Positions 53,230 to 64,000 of a stretch of 64,000 nt of DNA are shown here, in pieces (the first letter of the stretch is position 1; every line of letters begins with the position of its first letter). Source of the DNA: Coleofasciculus sp. B1-GNL1-01 (lineage in GTDB: Bacteria; Cyanobacteriota; Cyanobacteriia; Cyanobacteriales; Coleofasciculaceae); the NCBI GenBank assembly GCA_040220235.1, contig JAVJTO010000039.1. The stretch is one strand, 5' to 3'. Position numbers and translations under genes: made by a program. Below the pieces are notes generated by a model that searched no databases, had not been told where the DNA came from, and was given only the letters and a program-made list of their open reading frames with translations.

Positions 53230-54681
53230 TTAACCAATCGGAAGTTCAATGATAAACTCAGCACCTTCTCCAGGGTGAGACACACAACGTAATTGTCCAC
53301 TGTGTTTTTCCACGACAATCTCATGACTAATCGATAATCCTAACCCCGTTCCTTTGCCAAAAGGTTTAGTCGTGAAAAAGGCTTGGAATAGCTTTTCTTG
53401 TATCTCTTCAGGGATACCAGGACCATTATCAGAAATACGGATTTCTACTCGCTGGTTATCAATCCCTCTGGTACGAATCCAGATGGTGGGAGGCGCGGGG
53501 GTTGTATCACTCTCTGAAATTGTCTCGGAATTTTGCTTTCTACATTCTGCTTCCTCTAAGGCATCAATTGCATTCGCCAGTATATTCATAAACACTTGGC
53601 TCAGGCGTCCAGGATAGCATTCAATGGGCGGTAACTTTCCATATTCTTTAATCACTTGAATGCCTAAATGTTTCCCGGTGGGTTTGATCCGATGTTGCAA
53701 GAGAACTAGCGTACTCTCTAACCCCTCGTGCAAATCAACCATCATCATTTCGCCTGCGTCGAGGCGAGATATATTCCGCAAGCTTTTAATGATTTGGCAA
53801 ATGCGTTCGATGCCCAATTCCATCGACTTAAAGGTTTTGGGTAAATCTTTTACCAGAAAATCTGTGTCAATTTTTTGAGATTTATCTTGAATTTCGGCAA
53901 CTGGATTCGGATAATGTTGAGCATAGATTTGCAAGAGGTTAAGTAAATCTCGGCTGTATTCGCTGGCACAGCTTAAATTGCCATGAATCGAAGTAATGGG
54001 ATTATTAATTTCATGGGCAACCCCGGCTAACATTTGTCCCAGACTGGACATTTTTTCACTTTGAACTAGCATGGCTTGGGCTTGTTGCCAATTGTTGAGG
54101 GCTTGGGCGAGTTGATTTGTCCGTTCTTCCACTCGTTGTTCCAATTCCTGGGTCAATGTTTGTAAGGCGGCTTCGGCTTTACCCCGTTGTTCAACTTCCT
54201 CAACTAATCGGGTATTTTGCTCTTCTAGGGTTTTGGTTAGGGTTCGCAGTTTCAAATGCACCTTAACTCGTGCTAAGACTTCTTCCTGCTGAAAGGGTTT
54301 AGTGATATAGTCTACAGCCCCTAAATTTAACCCCTTAACTTTATCAATGGTATCGGTCAAAGCCGTCATAAAAATGATCGGAATCTCGTGAGTGTCAGGA
54401 TTGGCTTTCAGGCGTCGGCAGGTTTCAAATCCGTCAATTCCTGGCATCATCACATCTAACAGAATTAAGGTCGGTGGATCATAAGCAATTTGCTCAAGCG
54501 CGGTTTCTCCATCAAGAGCAACGGCAATTTCAAATCCAGCGCTAGTCAGGGTTTCTGAGAGTATTTCTAGATTGTTGGGACTATCGTCAATAATTAAAAT
54601 AATCGTTTTGTTTAACTTGTCTATCATTGCCTTGTTGCGTTGTTCTATCCGGTTCAAGGTAGTAGAGTTGGACTTAAGCAT
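53230..54681 (-). CDS. Receiver-histidine kinase hybrid
   Basis: N-terminal REC (IIDD..LLDVMMP..DYITKP), VAHEINNP, DNGPG, GKGTGLGL; the true start may be 54627. Confidence 0.92.
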   Translation of the reverse strand: MLKSNSTTLNRIEQRNKAMIDKLNKTIILIIDDSPNNLEILSETLTSAGFEIAVALDGETALEQIAYDPPTLILLDVMMPGIDGFETCRRLKANPDTHEIPIIFMTALTDTIDKVKGLNLGAVDYITKPFQQEEVLARVKVHLKLRTLTKTLEEQNTRLVEEVEQRGKAEAALQTLTQELEQRVEERTNQLAQALNNWQQAQAMLVQSEKMSSLGQMLAGVAHEINNPITSIHGNLSCASEYSRDLLNLLQIYAQHYPNPVAEIQDKSQKIDTDFLVKDLPKTFKSMELGIERICQIIKSLRNISRLDAGEMMMVDLHEGLESTLVLLQHRIKPTGKHLGIQVIKEYGKLPPIECYPGRLSQVFMNILANAIDALEEAECRKQNSETISESDTTPAPPTIWIRTRGIDNQRVEIRISDNGPGIPEEIQEKLFQAFFTTKPFGKGTGLGLSISHEIVVEKHSGQLRCVSHPGEGAEFIIELPIG

Positions 54682-54720
54682 GGCTATAATTTTTAGGGGG
54701 TAGCGATATGTTAATTGCGT

Positions 54721-57564
54721 TTAGTGAATGCACCGATTTTCCTCAATAAAATCTCGTATTTTTTTAAGCTGGAAGCCTTTAGCGAGCTGGCGTATATATT
54801 GAGCAAATGGGGCGAACTTATTATCCGCACTCTCGATACTATCAATTTTTTCGAGCAAAAGTTTAATCCGACCTTTCATGGCTAAATCCCAGAGAATATC
54901 TAATTCCTCTTCCGGAAAAATAATTGCTTCGGGTTTGCCCGGTTTTTGTTGCTCGTATGTTGTTACCTTAACAGCCGCTGACTGACTACCATTCCCTGAT
55001 GCGGGTTCGTAAATCCAGGTCAGTCCCAAATGGTGTTGTAACGTCTGGAGTAGCTCATCAATTTGAACGGGTTTGGGCAGAAAATCATTACCCCCAGCTA
55101 CCAAACTGTGATGCCGATCCATCTCAAAAACACTGGCTGACGATACTATGATTAGCATATTTTTCAGGGTTTTGGACTGGCGAATGTGTCGCATCATCTC
55201 AAAGCCGTCCATAGTTGGCATGATCAAGTCGGTAATGATTAGATCTGGCGTAGCTGTCATGGCGATATCTAATCCTTCTCGACCATTATTTGCCTCAATG
55301 ACATCAAATCCTAGGGGTTCGAGCAAATTAACCACGACTGAACGATTTTCCCAGCGATCATCGACGACAAGGATGGTTTGGGGTTTGCCCTGATAGCCAA
55401 TAATTCTACCTTGAGTAAAGGCGGGAGTTGTTTGAATCCATTCTCGGGCTTCGGGTAAGTCTAGATCCACGATAAATACACTCCCCTTACCGACTTCACT
55501 GTGGACTTGAATTGTACTACCCATAAGCTGTACAATCTTGGTGCTAATCGCTAAACCTAGTCCAGTTCCTTCCGCCTGACGTTTGCGATCGCTCACTTGT
55601 TCAAAGGGTAAAAAGATGCGTTGCAATTGTTGGGGACTCATCCCTACCCCGGTATCTTCGATTTGAAACCGGATTTGGTGATGGGGAGGGGTTGAGGTTT
55701 CCCGTAGATGAGAGACACCTTCTGGTTTGTCTCCATTGTGTCCCCCGATACTGTGATTGTCTTGGTTATCTCCATAGCCGACTTTAAAGGTAACGCCGCC
55801 GGTATCGGTAAATTTAATCGCATTGCTGAGGAGATTAATTAGAACTTGTCGCAGTCGCTTTTCGTCTACGTGGATACCAGCAGGAAGGGATGAAGTGGGT
55901 TGATAGATAAAGGAAATGCCTTTTGCATCCGCCCGAATCCGGCAAATTTCGACAACACCCCGCAGGAATGAGGGAAAATGAATATCACTGCCATGGAGTT
56001 CCATCTTCCGGGCTTCAATTTTCGCTAAATCGAGAATATCATTAATCAACATCAGCAAATGAGAACCGCATTGATGGATAATCCGCACCCCATCAAGTTC
56101 GCGATCGCTCATTGTTTTTGATCGTTGCAGAATTTGGGCATAGCCTAACACCCCATTCAGTGGCGTTCGCAGTTCATGACTCATATTTGCCAGAAACTCA
56201 CTTTTGGCGTTATTCGCCGTATCCGCCTCTTCTTTTGCTGTTTTCAATTCTGCTGTGCGTTGTTCGACTCGCAATTCCAGTTCAGCTTTAGCATTTTCCA
56301 AGGCGGTAAAGGATTCCTGCAACTGCTGCGCCATTTGGTTAAAGGATTTGGATAAAATCCGCAGTTCATAAATCCCTTCGACTTTGACTCGTTGATCAAG
56401 TTCCCCACTGGCGATCGCACAAGATGCCATACTCAGTCGTAAAATGGGTTGACTAATCCAACGCGAGGTAAATAATCCCAAAAGCGTAGCCAGAATCAAC
56501 GCCGCCACACAGAGGCGAATGGTTGTACGGGTGTTGGCGTGGATGCGTGCCATAAATTCATCTTCGGGAACCACGACAACAATCAACCAATTGAGTCCTT
56601 GATCGTCTTGAAAGGAGAGAACTTGGACAAATTGCTTCTTTTTATCTAACTCAAAATCTAACTGATATTCCCCTTGGATAGTCTCAAAGCTGCCAAATTT
56701 CCCAACTAAAAAGTCAGCCGTCGCCTTAATTAGTGGGTTATCACTGGTAATCGAGTCATTCCGTTCTGATTTCGCCTGATGATCAGTAGAGACAAACGTC
56801 TCTTCACTCATCGATGTAGCAACTAAGGTTCCTTTCCCCTTCGGTTCTAAAATAAACGTCTGTCCAAAGTCACCAATTTCCAAGTTTTCCAGGAAGTCCC
56901 CAATATGAGACAGAGACAGAATTGTACTGGTGACCCCCAGCAAGGTATCATCCTGATACAGGGGCATACTCGCCGCGATCGCTAATGTATCTTCATGTTC
57001 ATAACGGAACACCTCACTCCAGGTTGCCTCACCTGCTTTTACCGCCTCTTCATACCAGGGTCGAGTGCGGTGATCATCGTAGGCAGGAGTTTCTAATAAC
57101 TTGATCCGATTTCCTTGCTGATTCGTGGCATAAATATATTTAGTATAATTCACTGATTCATGAATTTGAAATCTCCCATCCTCTTGTCGCACCACTTCCA
57201 GATATTTACCATCTTCTGTTGCTATAGCTGTAGCGCTAACCGGAAAAACTTGCATCTGATGCCAGACGGTTTTCTCACAATCCAGCAAATTGTCTAATTC
57301 TAATTGATTCAGACAGGTTTCATTGGCATTGAGTTTATTAAAGGCATGGGGGATTTGCAGATAACTATCGAGTTTTTGTTCAATCCGGGCAGCGATTTCG
57401 TGACGTAAATCACTGGCAAGTTCATGCACTGCTTGTTCACCATTGCGTAAGGAAAGCCAACCCGTCAATCCCACTGCTGCCGTAATTTGCAGCAAGAAAG
57501 GAATAACAAGGACAAGGCGCAAACGCATTTTTAGAGAGGGTTTTGCTAAAAAACTGGGTAACAT
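54721..57564 (-). CDS. Cache-HAMP hybrid sensor histidine kinase
   Basis: TM-Cache (RTRPWY)-[33 protein letters not shown]-terminal REC. Confidence 0.93.
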   Translation of the reverse strand: MLPSFLAKPSLKMRLRLVLVIPFLLQITAAVGLTGWLSLRNGEQAVHELASDLRHEIAARIEQKLDSYLQIPHAFNKLNANETCLNQLELDNLLDCEKTVWHQMQVFPVSATAIATEDGKYLEVVRQEDGRFQIHESVNYTKYIYATNQQGNRIKLLETPAYDDHRTRPWYEEAVKAGEATWSEVFRYEHEDTLAIAASMPLYQDDTLLGVTSTILSLSHIGDFLENLEIGDFGQTFILEPKGKGTLVATSMSEETFVSTDHQAKSERNDSITSDNPLIKATADFLVGKFGSFETIQGEYQLDFELDKKKQFVQVLSFQDDQGLNWLIVVVVPEDEFMARIHANTRTTIRLCVAALILATLLGLFTSRWISQPILRLSMASCAIASGELDQRVKVEGIYELRILSKSFNQMAQQLQESFTALENAKAELELRVEQRTAELKTAKEEADTANNAKSEFLANMSHELRTPLNGVLGYAQILQRSKTMSDRELDGVRIIHQCGSHLLMLINDILDLAKIEARKMELHGSDIHFPSFLRGVVEICRIRADAKGISFIYQPTSSLPAGIHVDEKRLRQVLINLLSNAIKFTDTGGVTFKVGYGDNQDNHSIGGHNGDKPEGVSHLRETSTPPHHQIRFQIEDTGVGMSPQQLQRIFLPFEQVSDRKRQAEGTGLGLAISTKIVQLMGSTIQVHSEVGKGSVFIVDLDLPEAREWIQTTPAFTQGRIIGYQGKPQTILVVDDRWENRSVVVNLLEPLGFDVIEANNGREGLDIAMTATPDLIITDLIMPTMDGFEMMRHIRQSKTLKNMLIIVSSASVFEMDRHHSLVAGGNDFLPKPVQIDELLQTLQHHLGLTWIYEPASGNGSQSAAVKVTTYEQQKPGKPEAIIFPEEELDILWDLAMKGRIKLLLEKIDSIESADNKFAPFAQYIRQLAKGFQLKKIRDFIEENRCIH

Positions 57565-57662
57565 CCGTCAGTGTTAATCTACGAGTAATGAGTGGATTTG
57601 ACGACTCAGATGCTACCCTAATCTATCCAGAACTGTATTCAAAATTCGCTGATCCTTTTACC

Positions 57663-57695
57663 AGATCCCCGACTTCTTGAAGAAGTCGGGGATCT
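57663..57695. repeat. Perfect palindromic hairpin downstream of putA
   Basis: AGATCCCCGACTTCT-TGA-AGAAGTCGGGGATCT. Confidence 0.8.
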
Positions 57696-57733
57696 CCTTT
57701 AAATCTTACCTCCAAGTCTTGATTTTCATCACC

Positions 57734-60700
57734 TTAATCAACTCCTTCAATTGGGGCAAACCCCTGACGCTGAATATTTTCGGTAATCGTGCGCGGTTCT
57801 AAAAATTGGAGTAAATAATCGGGTCCCCCCGCCTTAGATCCTACCCCTGATAATTTGAATCCGCCAAACGGTTGACGCGAAACAATTGCCCCGGTAATCG
57901 TGCGGTTAATATAGAGATTACCCACTTCAAACTCGGCAGATGCTTGGTCAATATGGGAGGGGGTGCGAGAATATAATCCTCCCGTCAGGGCATATTTTGT
58001 CCCATTAGCTACAACCAAGGCGTCGGGAAAATCGTTGACTCGAATCACCGCTACAACCGGACCAAAGATTTCCGCTTGGGCAATTTTGGCATCGGGTGAA
58101 ACGCTGGTAAAAATTGTGGGACTGACAAAATAACCCGTGTCTGGGACTTCACATTCCACCGCTATTTCTGCCTCTTGCCGCCCTTTTTCAATATAGTCCT
58201 GAATTCGATTTCTGGCAGTAGCATCAATTACCGGTCCAACTTGGGTACTGGGTAATTCCGCCGCCCCAATATTGAGCGATCGCGTGGCTTCAATTAATCG
58301 TTCGATAAAGGTATTATAGATAGGGTCGAGAACGATTACCCGTGAACAGGCGGAACATTTTTGACCACTATACCCAAATGCCGACTTCACCACACCCGCC
58401 ACGGCTTGATCTAAATCCGCACTTTCATCCACAATAATCGCATTCTTCCCGCCCATCTCGGCAATTACCCGTTTTAGGTGAGTTTGACCCGGTTGAACCA
58501 TTGCCGCATCGGCATAAATGCGACATCCCACTTCCTGGGAACCCGTAAAGGCGATTACATGGGTATCTGGATGCTTCACCATATACGCCCCCACCTGGGA
58601 ACCTTTACCGGGAACATATTGAAACACTCCCTTCGGAATTCCGGCTTCGACTAATATTTCTGCCAGTTTCGCTGCAATCACCGATGAGGTTTCAGCGGGT
58701 TTGAGGAGGGTACAATTTCCCGCGACTAACGCCGCTACCGTCATTCCCGTCGCAATCGCCAAGGGGAAATTCCAGGGCGAAATCACCACCGCAATTCCTC
58801 TGGGTTGGTAGACATAGCGATTGGTTTCCCCAGCCACATCATAGATATACCCGCCCTCCAGCCGTTCCATTTCCGAGGCGTAGTAACGGCAAAAGTCGAT
58901 GGCTTCGGAGACTTCCGCATCGGCTTCTCGTAAGGCTTTGCCGACTTCCAAGCATATCCAGGCTGAAAGTTCTTCCCGACGCCCTTCCATTAACTCCGCC
59001 GCTTGACGCAAAATATCCGCCCGTTGTTTAACCGGGGTGCGACGCCATCCGGGAAAGGCGGCTTTGGCGGCGTTTAAGGCAGTTTCGGCTTGGTCGATGG
59101 AGAGTAATCCCACTTTACCGATAATTTCACTGGGATTCGAGGGATTAACGGAATCAACGGTTGCGGGGGTGGGTTGATAGTCGCCGTTAATCAAGGGATA
59201 GTAGGTTTTCCCTAGTTGTTGGCGCACAGTTTCCAGGGCGGTTTGGGCTTTTTCCCTGGCTTCGGCTTGGGCGTAATCGGTATCCGGCGCATTGGCGAAT
59301 TGTTGAATGTTGAGTGTTGAGTGTGTAGGGGCGGGTTTAGGGACTTTCTGTTGGTTATTGATGGTAACGTCTGTGCGAAACCCGCCCTGACTCAGTGTTG
59401 AGTTAACTCCCCCTGCTTCCCGATTATCAGGTTCCTCATCCACTACAGGCGGGGCGATTAATTCCTCAACCGGGCGTTCTTCTAAACTTTGGCGCAGGAA
59501 GGAACTATTGGCAGTATTTTCCAGTAAGCGGCGAATCAGATATGCCATTCCCGGTAACAGTTCCCCATAGGGCGCATAAACCCGCACCCGATGTCCCCGT
59601 TGCACTAAGGCTTTGGCGAGTTGATCCCCCATTCCATAGAGAACTTGCATCTCGAAGCGGCGACGGGGGATATTCAACTGTTCCGCAATCGCGATGGCTT
59701 TGGCTTGCGATCGCACGTTATGTGATCCGATGGCAGCATAGAGATACTGGTGATTTTCTAGCAATAGCTGAGTCATTTCCTCAAAATTGGCATCGGTGGC
59801 GCTTTTTTGGTTATAAACGGGGTGTTGCCAATGGTTTTGTAAGGATTTAATCGTTTCCTGATCCCAATATGCCCCTTTAACTAAACGCACGGTGAGGGGA
59901 TTGCCCCGTTCTTTTGCCCAGGTGATAATATCGTTTAAATCCCCTTTACTATCTCGCAGATAGGCTTGTAGGGTAATGCCTAAATCCGTGCGATCGCGGA
60001 ATTCCTCTTCCATCAACAATTCTTTGAGAATGCCCAGAGTCATGTCCTTATAGACATACTGTTCCATATCAAAATGAACCGCCGCCCCCAATTCCTGGGC
60101 ACGACGTAACAGAATCCGGATGCGATCGCACACCTGTTTTTTGCTACCTTCTGGATCTAGGGGGTCAAATTGGGAATAAAATGCGGTTAACTTAACCGAG
60201 ACTTGAACTCGTGGTAAATCTTCCCCATCCGCTTGGTCAATTTCCGACACCGTTGACCAACTTTTCGCTTCCTGAGTCAACTGTTCCATCAAATCCAGAT
60301 AGCGTTCCAGATAAGACTGGGCTTCGGCTTCGGTAATCACGGCTTCCCCCAGTAAATCTAGGGTAAATGCCATCTTATCTTTCCGCAGGCGTTCAATCGT
60401 CTTCATTACCTGCTTAATCGTTGCCCCAGCGATATACTTATTCGCTAAGGTTTCCACCGCCGTAGATACTGTTGAAGCTGCTAATTGTCCCGGCATCGAG
60501 TCAGGATTCGCAAAATTGAGTAAATTTTTCAGGGCGGCGGGAAGTTCCACCGACTCATCCCCTAAATAGTCTTGCAAATGACGAGCAATTTCAGTTTTAC
60601 TCTGAAGGGCGGGTAAGGCATCAATGAAGCGAAAAAGCTGCACCCGCAAACCGGGATTACTCATCGCCCAAGCTAGGAGTTTATCATCCCAGCGCATCTG

Positions 60701-60811
60701 ATCGCGCATTTGGGCAAAAAAGGAGCGTTTTTGCCGAGTGGCGTCAAGAAGCTGTTTGGCAATTTCAGTGGTTTGGGTTTCGTAGATGCTGTTGGCGACT
60801 TGTACAACCAC
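57734..60811 (-). CDS. putA: Bifunctional proline dehydrogenase / P5C dehydrogenase
   Basis: VSVKLT, VRLVKGAYWD and AYLIRRLLEN (PRODH); ISPWNFP, FTGS, EMGGKN, GQKCSACS and EIFGP (ALDH). Confidence 0.97.
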   Translation of the reverse strand: MVVQVANSIYETQTTEIAKQLLDATRQKRSFFAQMRDQMRWDDKLLAWAMSNPGLRVQLFRFIDALPALQSKTEIARHLQDYLGDESVELPAALKNLLNFANPDSMPGQLAASTVSTAVETLANKYIAGATIKQVMKTIERLRKDKMAFTLDLLGEAVITEAEAQSYLERYLDLMEQLTQEAKSWSTVSEIDQADGEDLPRVQVSVKLTAFYSQFDPLDPEGSKKQVCDRIRILLRRAQELGAAVHFDMEQYVYKDMTLGILKELLMEEEFRDRTDLGITLQAYLRDSKGDLNDIITWAKERGNPLTVRLVKGAYWDQETIKSLQNHWQHPVYNQKSATDANFEEMTQLLLENHQYLYAAIGSHNVRSQAKAIAIAEQLNIPRRRFEMQVLYGMGDQLAKALVQRGHRVRVYAPYGELLPGMAYLIRRLLENTANSSFLRQSLEERPVEELIAPPVVDEEPDNREAGGVNSTLSQGGFRTDVTINNQQKVPKPAPTHSTLNIQQFANAPDTDYAQAEAREKAQTALETVRQQLGKTYYPLINGDYQPTPATVDSVNPSNPSEIIGKVGLLSIDQAETALNAAKAAFPGWRRTPVKQRADILRQAAELMEGRREELSAWICLEVGKALREADAEVSEAIDFCRYYASEMERLEGGYIYDVAGETNRYVYQPRGIAVVISPWNFPLAIATGMTVAALVAGNCTLLKPAETSSVIAAKLAEILVEAGIPKGVFQYVPGKGSQVGAYMVKHPDTHVIAFTGSQEVGCRIYADAAMVQPGQTHLKRVIAEMGGKNAIIVDESADLDQAVAGVVKSAFGYSGQKCSACSRVIVLDPIYNTFIERLIEATRSLNIGAAELPSTQVGPVIDATARNRIQDYIEKGRQEAEIAVECEVPDTGYFVSPTIFTSVSPDAKIAQAEIFGPVVAVIRVNDFPDALVVANGTKYALTGGLYSRTPSHIDQASAEFEVGNLYINRTITGAIVSRQPFGGFKLSGVGSKAGGPDYLLQFLEPRTITENIQRQGFAPIEGVD
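59325..59391. repeat. GTAG REP-like hairpin inserted in-frame in the putA linker
   Basis: GTAGGGGCGGGTTT..AAACCCGCCC arms identical to intergenic copies at 10094, 18171, 46688, 51924 and 52015. Confidence 0.85.
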
Positions 60812-61270
60812 GGGCAGGTAGACTCCTATTTCTGGGCTAAAGCATTTATCTCGAACTCTTTATTATATCCCGCTAGAGCCAATCGTGCAGGTTTGGAGTT
60901 GCACAAAGCGTGCCATAAGCGCTGGTATCGCTTACAACAAACCTTTGGGTCAGATTCTAAGTAGTCGGACAGAATTAACGTTAACCCTGAGGACAAGGCA
61001 ACAGGCAACAGTAAGCATTTGAAGCTTGTTAACATTTCTTAGTAAAGCGAAAACAACTTATGTCCAGGTATTTGCTGTGATCGCTTGAAATTTTCAGGAT
61101 GATTGCGATCACATCCTCTTCTTAAGACCTGTGAGACTGTTTCTGGGTGCTAATTCAGGAGTAGTTTGTTATGTTTTTTTGCTATGGTTTTCAAATAATC
61201 AATAAGTTGTTATGATCAAGGAAAATCAGAAAAATTATTCGGGGCAAACACTTTCTAGTGTTTAGCTTTA

Positions 61271-61808
61271 TTGAGTAATTTAAATAGACTTGATTGGGGT
61301 TATTTCTTAATGGTTTTTAGAGCAAGGAAACTGAATAGGGTTTTCGCCACTTCATGTACGGTTTCTCTGTTGCTAATCTCTGGAGATGCTTACGCGCAGA
61401 GCATCACACCCGCCACTGATGGCACAGGTACAGTCGTTACTATTGATGGTCAAACCTACAACATCACTGGCGGAATGCTCTCTGGAGACGGGCAAAATCT
61501 GTTTCACAGCTTTGAGTCTTTCGGTCTGACCCAGCAGGAAATTGCCAACTTTCTTTCTAACCCTGAGATTCGCAACGTTCTAGGTCGTGTAGTTGGTCGC
61601 AGCCCTTCTCAAATTGATGGATTGCTACAGGTGAGTGGTGGGGCTGCTAACCTCTATCTGATGAATCCAGCAGGAATTGTTTTCGGACCGAACGCCCAAC
61701 TCAATGTGCCGGGGTCTTTCGCTGCAACTACTGCAAGCAGCATCGATTTTGCGACAGGGCAATTCAGCGCTTTTGGAGAGGTTAATTACCAAGCGCTAGC
61801 GGGAACAC
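61271..61808 (+). pseudogene. Filamentous haemagglutinin N-terminal (TPS) domain gene interrupted by IS
   Basis: AQSITPATDGTGT..NLFHSF..NVLGRV.G...S.IDG...NLYLMNPAGIVFG.NA.LNV.GSF.ATTA; the frame runs into the IS TIR at 61809; start possibly ATG 61310. Confidence 0.85.
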
Positions 61809-61905
61809 TTGGACTTTGGACAAAAAAAATAAGTTTGCGTAATTTTTACGCAAACTTATTCTTAACTTAATTAAGAGGAATTAATTTGACGATGACCGAA
61901 AAGTT

Positions 61906-62340
61906 TTACTCGTCTTTAACTCCCTCATTTCTCCCAGAGATATCCGGCTCAGTTTCTCCGCCAAAACAAACATCTAAATAACTTGACTGGAGAGAATTAA
62001 TAACTCTTTCCAATTCGTCGATAAGTCCCCTTCTTATTACTTTCTCCACAGCATCAATATGAGCCTCACTTCCCGCTTTTCCTAAATATAAGTATTTGCT
62101 TTTTTTATTCTTGTCATTAGCCCTAGGGAAAATCGGCTCAATGGCTTGTAGCTTATAATACCAGTAAATTTTTTGATTTTGCTTCGTCTGATAACGAATC
62201 ACATGACAATGGGGGGGAGCCACTTCTCCTTCTGAAGCTATTTTTTGGATTTGTCGCTTTAGCTTACGAATAGTCGCCTTGATTTGTTTGACTCTGAGCG
62301 AGGCTTCTTGAGAGGTTTTCAAGGAATTAGGTTGGGTCAT
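61906..62340 (-). CDS. IS-encoded accessory protein of unknown function
   Basis: Lies inside the TIRs, divergent from the transposase; basic, with YWYYKL..KYLYLGKAG motif flanked by coiled coils. Confidence 0.7.
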   Translation of the reverse strand: MTQPNSLKTSQEASLRVKQIKATIRKLKRQIQKIASEGEVAPPHCHVIRYQTKQNQKIYWYYKLQAIEPIFPRANDKNKKSKYLYLGKAGSEAHIDAVEKVIRRGLIDELERVINSLQSSYLDVCFGGETEPDISGRNEGVKDE

Positions 62341-62423
62341 TAGCTTACAGATTGAACCACTTCTCTATTAGAATTAAGTTTGCGTATATCTTACGCTAAC
62401 TATTTTGCCGGGTGTTTTAGCAA

Positions 62424-63872
62424 ATGACTAATCAAGAATTAGCTGCCGATGTCCAGGATTTCAGAGCGTGGAGAAACCATCTCTATCAAGCCCTTGGTTC
62501 GCGTCGCTGTTCAGTTATGGAGTTACTCGATTCTCTTTCATCTAACTTACAAGCTTCTTCAGTCGCTGCACTGTCATTGAATCCTTTGTTTCGCCGAGAT
62601 TATAACAGTTTATATAAAGGTATTCAAGATTTTTTACCGACTCCAAGTCATCCCGACTATCCCAAAGCTATTGATGACTTATTTTCGGTCGTTTCGGCTA
62701 CAGTTCCTGACCCAGTTGAGCGGCATTTTTACCTATTTGGAGTAGACGCAACTCCCTGTCCCAGACCTTATTCAGCCACTTTGTCCGACAAAAGCTACAT
62801 CTATCAACCCAATACTATTAAAGGAAATAAGCCTGTAAATATTGGTCACTCTTACTCGGTCGTTGCTGCCTTGCCAGAAGCCAGTGAAACCGGAAATGTC
62901 TCTTGGGCAATTCCCTTGTCTGGACAACGAGTGTCTGCCGACAAAAAAGATATTGATGTGGCTCAAACTCAACTGACAACAATTTACCATCATGAATCAG
63001 CTCCCTGGAAAGATAAGTTATCCGTTCTCGTGGCGGATAGTCTCTACAGTCAACGAGCTTTTCTCAATCAACAAGTCAATGAAGATAACTTAGTTTCCAT
63101 TATTCGAGTTAAAAGCAATCGAGTCTTCTACCGAAAATTTATCCCCTCAGATTCTCCTAAAAAATCATCGGGTCATCCTCGTTGGTATGGAGACAGATTT
63201 GATCTTAAAGACGAGACGACTTGGAGCCAACCTGATGAAGTCTTTCAATCAACTTTTACTACGAAAAGGGGACGGAACCTGAATCTCAAAATTTCCGGTT
63301 GGAATCAATTGTTAATGAAGGGGACTAAGGAGTACAAGATGCACAAATATCCTTTTCGATTACTTCAAGTTATGGTGAGTGATGACATGGGGAAATCTGT
63401 CTGGAAACATATCTGGTTGATTGTGATTGGTTCTCGCCGTCATGAGTTGAGCCTTCAAGACTGTCATCAAGCTTATGGGCAACGTTATGATTTAGAACAT
63501 TTTTTCCGTTTTGGTAAACAGAAATTGTTGATGACTACCTATTTTACTCCTGAAATTAATCACGAAGAGAATTGGTTTCAATTGACCTTGTTAGCTTACG
63601 TAAATTTGTGGCAAGCCAGGAAATTAGCGACTGTTTTACCTCGCCCTTGGGAGGGTTATTTGACTCAAACTGAATCGCTCAAAGTTACACCCAGCTTAGT
63701 TCAACGGGACTTCTATCGAATTATTTCGTCTTTGGGTACACCTGCTCAATCCCCCAAACGTCGTGGTTATTCTCCCGGACGAATTAAAGGTGAAAAAAAA
63801 GAGCCGAGAACTCGCCATAAAGTTATCAAAAAACAACCATTTTGTAAAAACCAAAAGAGCCAAGTCTCCTAA
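62424..63872 (+). CDS. DDE transposase, IS701-like
   Basis: FGVDAT (D), VADSLY (D), YGQRYDLEHFFRFGKQ (Y-R-E-K); C-terminal PKRRG.SPGR.KG. Confidence 0.9.
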   Translation: MTNQELAADVQDFRAWRNHLYQALGSRRCSVMELLDSLSSNLQASSVAALSLNPLFRRDYNSLYKGIQDFLPTPSHPDYPKAIDDLFSVVSATVPDPVERHFYLFGVDATPCPRPYSATLSDKSYIYQPNTIKGNKPVNIGHSYSVVAALPEASETGNVSWAIPLSGQRVSADKKDIDVAQTQLTTIYHHESAPWKDKLSVLVADSLYSQRAFLNQQVNEDNLVSIIRVKSNRVFYRKFIPSDSPKKSSGHPRWYGDRFDLKDETTWSQPDEVFQSTFTTKRGRNLNLKISGWNQLLMKGTKEYKMHKYPFRLLQVMVSDDMGKSVWKHIWLIVIGSRRHELSLQDCHQAYGQRYDLEHFFRFGKQKLLMTTYFTPEINHEENWFQLTLLAYVNLWQARKLATVLPRPWEGYLTQTESLKVTPSLVQRDFYRIISSLGTPAQSPKRRGYSPGRIKGEKKEPRTRHKVIKKQPFCKNQKSQVS

Positions 63873-64000
63873 GCTTTACTCTGTAACCTTCTAAATCCGG
63901 TATTTCTGAGCTTTTCTTCGAGCTGAGATAGAGGAGTTATTGTTCCTTATTTTATTTGCGTAAGTAATACGCAAAAATACTGATTTTGTCCAAAGTCCAA

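Larger units (their letters stand above)
61809..64000. mobile_element. IS701-like insertion sequence with two divergent ORFs
   Basis: Perfect 17-bp TIRs TTGGACTTTGGACAAAA (61809-61825) / TTTTGTCCAAAGTCCAA (63984-64000, at window edge). Confidence 0.88.

Noticed and set aside
61241..61266. c-di-GMP-I riboswitch suggested by GGCAAAC
   Set aside because: The GNRA tetraloop stem and the downstream GCAAAGC segment are missing.

Overview
A 64-kb chromosomal window from a filamentous cyanobacterium. The evidence is abundant HIP1 GCGATCGC sites, chlL/chlN/chlP, cyanoexosortase A and heptamer tandem repeats; the repeat repertoire is reminiscent of Coleofasciculus-like taxa (inference). Housekeeping genes (chlLN, chlP, ygfZ, prlC, rlpA, pdhB-secD-secF, trmB, putA) are interleaved with accessory content: a PEP-CTERM/cyanoexosortase A locus, several signalling genes (three histidine kinases, HTH-AAA_35-GGDEF, PATAN, LuxR-vWA), and defence-like cassettes. 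These cassettes are a UPF0175-DUF3368 TA pair, a Menshen-like DUF262/DUF3696-ATPase/effector triplet, rloAB, and an uncharacterised two-gene cassette whose large gene is split by one in-frame TGA. Mobile DNA is dense. It includes a frameshifted tnpB-only IS200/IS605 element inserted inside a GTAG REP-like hairpin, an IS701-like element carrying a divergent accessory gene and three copies of a TTTGCGTA-N5-TACGCAAA palindrome, several MITE families, and REP-like hairpins, one of them in-frame inside putA. Sequence-level oddities include a two-gene chimera fused exactly at a HIP1 octamer and a collapsed PEP-CTERM paralog that retains a conserved promoter motif. No tRNA, rRNA or CRISPR array was recognised. 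All family assignments are by eye from motifs, without database searches.
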